From Candidatus Saccharimonadia bacterium (GTDB lineage: Bacteria > Patescibacteriota > Saccharimonadia > UBA4664 > JBIOIQ01), in contig JBIOIQ010000003.1 of NCBI GenBank assembly GCA_044449985.1, positions 10,901-74,900 on the forward strand: a stretch of 64,000 nt of DNA, given 5' to 3'. The notes under the pieces are model-generated. The model did not search any database. It had not been told where the DNA came from and was given only the letters and a program-made list of their open reading frames with translations. Position numbers and translations under genes: made by a program. This document shows positions 59,020 through 64,000 of the stretch, piece after piece. The number at the start of each line of letters is the position of its first letter. Position 1 is the first letter of the stretch.

Positions 59020-59360
59020 AAGACTATAATCCCGGAAGAGGAGATATTGTTTGGATTGATTTTTCGACACCAGTCGGGCATGAACAATCAGGAGTCCGGC
59101 CAGCCATTGTTCTTTCGCCGGTTTCTTATAACGCAAAGTCCGGACTGATGGTAGTCTGTCCTATTACGTCCAAGATTAAGGGCTATCCTTTCGAGGTTGA
59201 ACTTGAGTCAAGTAAAATTCAGGGAGTAATATTAGCTGATCAAATAAAAACTATTGATTGGCAGAAACGGGGAGTGTCTTTTGCAGATAAAGCCAAGCTT
59301 AAAGTACTAAGTCAGACTCAAGCGCTAATTACGGCGCTTTTAGGTGTTGATGATATTTGA
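59013..59360 (+). CDS. mazF: MazF/PemK-family endoribonuclease toxin
   Basis: 115-aa ORF overlapping mazE by 7 nt. Pattern is YNPGRGDIVWIDFSTPVGHEQSGVRPAIVLSP...VVCPITSKIKGYPFEV. Confidence 0.9.
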   Translation: MVEDYNPGRGDIVWIDFSTPVGHEQSGVRPAIVLSPVSYNAKSGLMVVCPITSKIKGYPFEVELESSKIQGVILADQIKTIDWQKRGVSFADKAKLKVLSQTQALITALLGVDDI

Positions 59361-59479
59361 AAATAAGATGATGAAAAAAAACAAAAACGGAATATTTATT
59401 CGGCAATATTATTTCGAAGCTTTCACACTACTAATATACCCTTGATAATTAACCTTATATCTGCTAAAATCCGCAGGTA

Positions 59480-59746
59480 ATGATAACAACCGCAAGCAAA
59501 TCAAAGATTATTAAAGACCTTCAGAATCACAAAACCGACACCGGTTCGGCTGAAGTTCAGATTGGTATTTTTACCGAACAAATTAAAGCTTTAACTGAGC
59601 ATTTAAAAACTCACAAAAAAGATAATCACTCCCGTCGAGGGTTATTGCAAATGGTCGGTAAACGACGCAGTTTATTGACTTATTTAAGCAAAAAAAACAG
59701 CGAAACCTACCAAGAACTAATCAAGAAGCTCGATTTAAGACGTTAA
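59480..59746 (+). CDS. rpsO: 30S ribosomal protein S15
   Basis: 88-aa ORF, ...[49 protein letters not shown]. Confidence 0.95.
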   Translation: MITTASKSKIIKDLQNHKTDTGSAEVQIGIFTEQIKALTEHLKTHKKDNHSRRGLLQMVGKRRSLLTYLSKKNSETYQELIKKLDLRR

Positions 59747-59873
59747 TTTTTAAGTTCGCGCGCTTGAACTTTAGGCCCTAGGTTAAAGTGCAAAATTTGA
59801 AAATTAAATCAAGTGACGGAGACGATTTAGAGTTTTGGGATTAACTATTTAATCTCTTGCCCCTGAACCGTTT

Positions 59874-62006
59874 TTGTCGGAAATGGAGAACATGTTAGTA
59901 TCCGAAATCATTCATCCCTTTGGTGGGAAAACACAACAGTTTAAAACTGAATTTTGTGGTCGCACTCTAACCATTGAAACTGGCAAGCTAGCTTTCTTAG
60001 CTGACGGTGCAGTGACTGTGCGCTACGGCGATACCATGGTACTGGGTACGGCAGTCGTGAGTAATCAGCCGCGAGATGGGATTGATTTCTTTCCCCTCTT
60101 AATCGATTACGAGGAAAGAATGTATGCCACCGGTAAAATTAGCGGATCCCGGTTTATCAAAAGAGAAGGCAGAGCCAGTGATCGAGCCACGCTGTCGTCG
60201 CGCTTAATCGATCGTCCAATCAGGCCACTCTTTCCAAAAGGATATCGCAACGACGTTCAAGCGGTTACTACCGTCGTCTCGGCCGATTTAGTATATTCAC
60301 CCGACATCATTGCAATTTGCGCCGCATCCGCCGCTCTCATGTTATCCGGGGCACCTTTTGAAGGCCCGGTAGCAGGTGTTCGGATCGGGTTAGTTGACGG
60401 CAAACTGATGGCTTTTCCCACCATAGAAGAGATGGAGAAAAGTTCTCTTGATCTGACGGTCGCAGGAACCAAAGACGCCATCATGATGGTTGAAGCTGGT
60501 GCGAGCGAAGTTGATGAAGCGACGATGATTGAAGCGATCGAACTTGCCCATAAGTCGATTCAGCCACTTATTAAGCTTCAAGAGGAAATGGTGGCGGCCG
60601 TCGGGGTGAAGCCAAAAGATTATGAGCTCTACAAAGCCGATGAAGATCTCTTTAAAATCCTCGACAAGTATTTAGCCGGTAAATTAGGTGAAGCGGTGCG
60701 CCATCATGATCAGTATCAGCGTCACGATGCTATCGCGAATCTGGAAAAAGAAGTTATCGCCAAATTTGAAGGGGAGCATGCTCTCGATCAAATCAAAGTT
60801 GCCTTTGCCAAAGTCATTGACTATGAAATTCGCCGGGCCATTCTCGAAGAAGGGGCGAGGCCGGATGGTCGAAAGACAACCGAAATTCGTCCCATCAGCG
60901 GGCAAGTTGGATTACTGCCGAGAACCCACGGTTCAGCCGTATTTACTCGAGGTACCACCCAAGTACTTAATGTCACTACGTTGGCTTCAACCAGCTACGC
61001 CCAACTGATAGATACGATGGAAGAAGATACCACCAAGCGATATATGCATCACTATAACTTTCCGGGTTATTCAACGGGAGAAGTTCGACCAATGAGATCC
61101 CCCGGTCGCCGAGAAATTGGACATGGTGCTCTTGCTGAGCGAGCACTTTTGCCGATGATTCCAACGGTAGAGGATTTCCCCTATACCATTAGGACGGTAT
61201 CCGAAGTCATCAGCTCAAACGGTTCAACTTCCATGGCTAGTGTCTGCGGATCGACCTTATCACTGATGGATGCTGGTGTGCCTCTAATTAAACCAGTGGC
61301 AGGAATTGCTATGGGGCTCGTGACCGACGGAGATAATTTCATCATCCTCTCCGATATTCAAGGTGCTGAAGATTTTGCCGGAGATATGGATTTTAAAGTT
61401 GCCGGAACCGACGACGGTATTACGGCCCTACAGATGGATATCAAGGTCAAGGGCATTACGCCCAAAATCATGAAGCAGGCTCTGGCCCAAGCAAAAGTTG
61501 GGCGTACTCATATCATGGCTAAAATGATGGAAGTCTTAAGCGCACCTCGAGCCGAACTCAAGCCATTTGCCCCGCGTATTACCAAACTCATGATTAACCC
61601 GGATAAAATTCGGGAAGTCATCGGGAAAGGTGGCGAGGTGATTAATAAGATTATTGCCGAAACCGGTGTTGAAATAGATATCGAAGATTCAGGTCTGGTC
61701 ATGATCGCTTCAAGCGACGGCGCGGCTGCCGAAAGTGCCGTAAAATGGATTGAAAGTATCGTAGCGGAACCAGAAGTAGGAAAAATTTACGACGGTGAAG
61801 TTGTCAAAATCATGGATTTTGGAGCGTTTGTGAATATTATGCCAGGTCGTGACGGCCTCGTGCACATTTCACAGCTCGGCGACGGCAGGGTTGCAAAAGT
61901 TGAGGATGTCGTCAAACTTGGTGATAAGATAAAAGTGAAACTTATGGAGATTGACGCGCAGGGACGGTTGAACCTGAGTAAAAAGGCCGCCGATAAACGC
62001 GATTAG
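59874..62006 (+). CDS. pnp: Polyribonucleotide nucleotidyltransferase (PNPase)
   Basis: 710-aa track ORF with two RNase PH domains, KH (GKGGEVINKII) and S1 (GEVVKIMDFGAFV) domains. The printed start is TTG 59874; ATG 59892, preceded by GGAG, is a plausible alternative. Confidence 0.95.
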   Translation: MSEMENMLVSEIIHPFGGKTQQFKTEFCGRTLTIETGKLAFLADGAVTVRYGDTMVLGTAVVSNQPRDGIDFFPLLIDYEERMYATGKISGSRFIKREGRASDRATLSSRLIDRPIRPLFPKGYRNDVQAVTTVVSADLVYSPDIIAICAASAALMLSGAPFEGPVAGVRIGLVDGKLMAFPTIEEMEKSSLDLTVAGTKDAIMMVEAGASEVDEATMIEAIELAHKSIQPLIKLQEEMVAAVGVKPKDYELYKADEDLFKILDKYLAGKLGEAVRHHDQYQRHDAIANLEKEVIAKFEGEHALDQIKVAFAKVIDYEIRRAILEEGARPDGRKTTEIRPISGQVGLLPRTHGSAVFTRGTTQVLNVTTLASTSYAQLIDTMEEDTTKRYMHHYNFPGYSTGEVRPMRSPGRREIGHGALAERALLPMIPTVEDFPYTIRTVSEVISSNGSTSMASVCGSTLSLMDAGVPLIKPVAGIAMGLVTDGDNFIILSDIQGAEDFAGDMDFKVAGTDDGITALQMDIKVKGITPKIMKQALAQAKVGRTHIMAKMMEVLSAPRAELKPFAPRITKLMINPDKIREVIGKGGEVINKIIAETGVEIDIEDSGLVMIASSDGAAAESAVKWIESIVAEPEVGKIYDGEVVKIMDFGAFVNIMPGRDGLVHISQLGDGRVAKVEDVVKLGDKIKVKLMEIDAQGRLNLSKKAADKRD

Positions 62007-62126
62007 ATGGCTCATAATCCCCGGCTTACGAGTAGTCGGGTTTGATGAGGGATCTAGTCCCGAAAGTCAGAACAAGTTAGGCCTCTTGGCGATGGGAAGT
62101 GATTGAGTTAAGTAAAATAGAGGGTT

Positions 62127-62717
62127 ATGGAAACAGCAGAAGTCGGTTCGAACCATAAAGCTAAGTTACTTGATGAAATCAAAGACTCCATAATTTCCGA
62201 ACATGTTTGTCCGGAACTTGCTCAAGGAGCCACTCAGTTGGTTTTTGCAGATGGCAGTGCAGATGCTGAGATCGTCTTTATCGGTGAAGCTCCCGGCGCC
62301 AACGAAGATAAGATTGGAATTCCTTTCGTCGGGGCTGCGGGAAAGTTTTTTGACGAAATGTTAAGCCAGATAAGCCTGGTCAGGTCCGATATCTATATCA
62401 CGAACATCGTCAAATATCGACCTCCGGGTAATCGTGATCCATATCCGGAAGAGATCCAAAGTTTTATGCCGTACCTGAAAAAACAGATTGCTGTGATCAA
62501 ACCGAAATTGGTCGTTTTCTTGGGTAGACATGCCATGAATGTATTCTTCCCAGATTTGAAGATTAGTGAAGTTCACGGCCAGCCAATGCGAAAAAACGGC
62601 TTAGTATATTTACCGTTATTTCATCCGGCTGCCGCTCTCTATAACGGAGGCATGCGCCAAACTTTAATGGACGACTTTGCATCCATTCCGGCAATTTTGA
62701 AATTAATCGAATCATAA
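62127..62717 (+). CDS. Family 4 uracil-DNA glycosylase
   Basis: 196-aa ORF with motif A GEAPGANEDKIGIPFVGAAG and motif B HPAAALY. Confidence 0.9.
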   Translation: METAEVGSNHKAKLLDEIKDSIISEHVCPELAQGATQLVFADGSADAEIVFIGEAPGANEDKIGIPFVGAAGKFFDEMLSQISLVRSDIYITNIVKYRPPGNRDPYPEEIQSFMPYLKKQIAVIKPKLVVFLGRHAMNVFFPDLKISEVHGQPMRKNGLVYLPLFHPAAALYNGGMRQTLMDDFASIPAILKLIES

Positions 62718-62817
62718 AAATGGTTCGAGAAAAGAATGAACTTTTTAGACGTTTGAAGCTCAATCTTTCCTCGAACAATTACTAAAAGCCATAACTCGTG
62801 GCATGATGAAAGGAAAT

Positions 62818-64000
62818 ATGGAACCAAATCAGAATAATCAAAAACCAAATCAAAGTTCGGCAAATCAACCGAGTGGTGCTCCTACGCGCCCCACACAGCC
62901 CCAGGGCCAAAGCCAACCAAAAACGTCATGGAACGGTCCTAAAAATGCGTCTGCTTCAGGACAGCCGGCTCAAAATCAGCCAAGCAATAAGTCGCTAGCA
63001 TCACCGCGCCAGCCGATGCAGAAACCGAGACATCGTGATGATAACCGCAAATCTTCCGAACCGGCACCAATGCTAAAATCGGCGGGCAACTCTTATGACT
63101 CGATCCCGGTGAATAAGAGTCTCTTTAATGGACTGGCTGGCAAACAAATTACCCAGGTAAAGACGCAAGGTTCACCGGCTCCCAGGGTTGCCAATCAAGC
63201 CATAAAGGTAGGTCCAAACCTGCGTGTGATTCCTCTGGGTGGATTTGGAGAAATCGGCAAGAACATGATGGCCATCGAATACGGTGAAGACATTATCGTA
63301 ATCGATATGGGATTTATGTTCCCGACCGATGATCAGCCGGGGATTGACTATATTATCCCGGATACTACTTATTTAGAACGTAACAAACATAAAATCCGAG
63401 GCCATATCCTCACACATGCCCATGAGGATCATATGGGAGGCGTGCCATATATTCTGCCCAAATTACCGGCACCGTTTTTTGGAGCTCGCTTTAGTCTCGG
63501 TATGCTGGAAAAGAAATTAGTCGAATATAAGCTGGCTACCCAACCCCAGTTTCGAGTTATGGATCCCGACAAACATGAACGAGTTCAATTGGGAGTTTTT
63601 AATGTTGAATTAGTCCGGGTAACACATTCCATCCCTGATGCTTGTGCGGTGGTGGTCCGTACCCCAATCGGGACCATTGTTCATACCGGTGACTGGAGAT
63701 TTGACCCGACCCCGATCGATAATAAGCCGGCCGACCTTGAACGCTTGCGAGAAATTGGCGATGAAGGGGTGCTGCTACTACTGAGTGATTCAACGGGGTG
63801 TGAAGACATGGGGCGGACACTCAGTGAGCTTGAAATTGAACCTACTTTTGAAGATATTTTTCGACGTCAAAAAGGCCGCATCATCATTTCGTCGTTTGCC
63901 AGCCAAATAAACCGGGTTCAATTAGTGGTTGATGCTACCCAGAAAACGGGTCGCAAATTAGCCTTTACTGGCAGAAGTATGCTGGCAAATGTTGAGCTGG
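62818..64000 (+). CDS. rnj: Ribonuclease J (5' part; continues beyond the window end) with Gln/Asn/Pro-rich N-terminal extension
   Basis: Absent from the ORF track because the window edge truncates it. My translation from ATG 62818 (AGGAA upstream; in-frame ATGs also at 62803 and 62806) reads MEPNQNNQKPNQSSANQPSG...LRVIPLGGFGEIGKNMMAIEYGEDIIVIDMGFMFP...HILTHAHEDHMGGVPYIL...GDWRFDPTP. It carries the metallo-beta-lactamase HxHxDH motif and RNase J layout. Confidence 0.9.
   Translation, partial: MEPNQNNQKPNQSSANQPSGAPTRPTQPQGQSQPKTSWNGPKNASASGQPAQNQPSNKSLASPRQPMQKPRHRDDNRKSSEPAPMLKSAGNSYDSIPVNKSLFNGLAGKQITQVKTQGSPAPRVANQAIKVGPNLRVIPLGGFGEIGKNMMAIEYGEDIIVIDMGFMFPTDDQPGIDYIIPDTTYLERNKHKIRGHILTHAHEDHMGGVPYILPKLPAPFFGARFSLGMLEKKLVEYKLATQPQFRVMDPDKHERVQLGVFNVELVRVTHSIPDACAVVVRTPIGTIVHTGDWRFDPTPIDNKPADLERLREIGDEGVLLLLSDSTGCEDMGRTLSELEIEPTFEDIFRRQKGRIIISSFASQINRVQLVVDATQKTGRKLAFTGRSMLANVEL

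Overview
This 64-kb chromosomal window looks like a small-genome, CPR/Patescibacteria-like bacterium, probably Saccharibacteria-type. That assignment is an inference from gene content, not a search. The standard genetic code applies: TGA ends conserved genes at normal lengths. Positions 1-15.5 kb hold the most unusual content, a type IV secretion (T4SS)-like locus. Its minus-strand operon (12670 to 1) encodes a bitopic membrane protein, two giant VirB6/TrbL-like paralogs, a PrgI/VirB3-like protein, a VirB4 ATPase that appears split into two coupled ORFs, an 884-aa membrane protein ending in an M23 peptidase, and a lysozyme-like hydrolase cut by the window edge. A divergent plus-strand operon carries six tandem VirB2/TrbC-like pilin paralogs. 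No relaxase, coupling protein, integrase or transposase is visible anywhere in the window. Positions 15.5-22.2 kb are accessory-looking: Hsp20, a dockerin-repeat GH26 glycosidase, small membrane and orphan proteins, a duplicated terminator-promoter-leader cassette next to tRNA-Arg(GCG), and three tRNA-Ser genes. The rest is mostly housekeeping. It includes valS, tsaD, a cell-wall cluster (three FemAB-family paralogs, a DegT-type aminotransferase, a Mur ligase and PgeF), an arginase-family enzyme, a prephenate dehydratase domain, a PIG-L deacetylase, PMM/PGM and CIRCE-groES-groEL. It continues with PGI/PMI, a fourth tRNA-Ser, peroxiredoxin, msrB, dnaG-rpoD, polA, a stand-alone GGDEF protein, mutM, holA, rpsT, a DHH protein, truB, mazEF, rpsO, pnp, a family-4 UDG and the 5' part of RNase J. 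Several short G+C-rich islets carrying orphan small genes interrupt this backbone at about 17.5-18.7, 39.7-40.4, 48.7-50.1 and 56.3-56.8 kb. I saw no rRNA, CRISPR array or recognisable mobile element. All calls rest on reading the translations and DNA by eye; no searches or computations were run.
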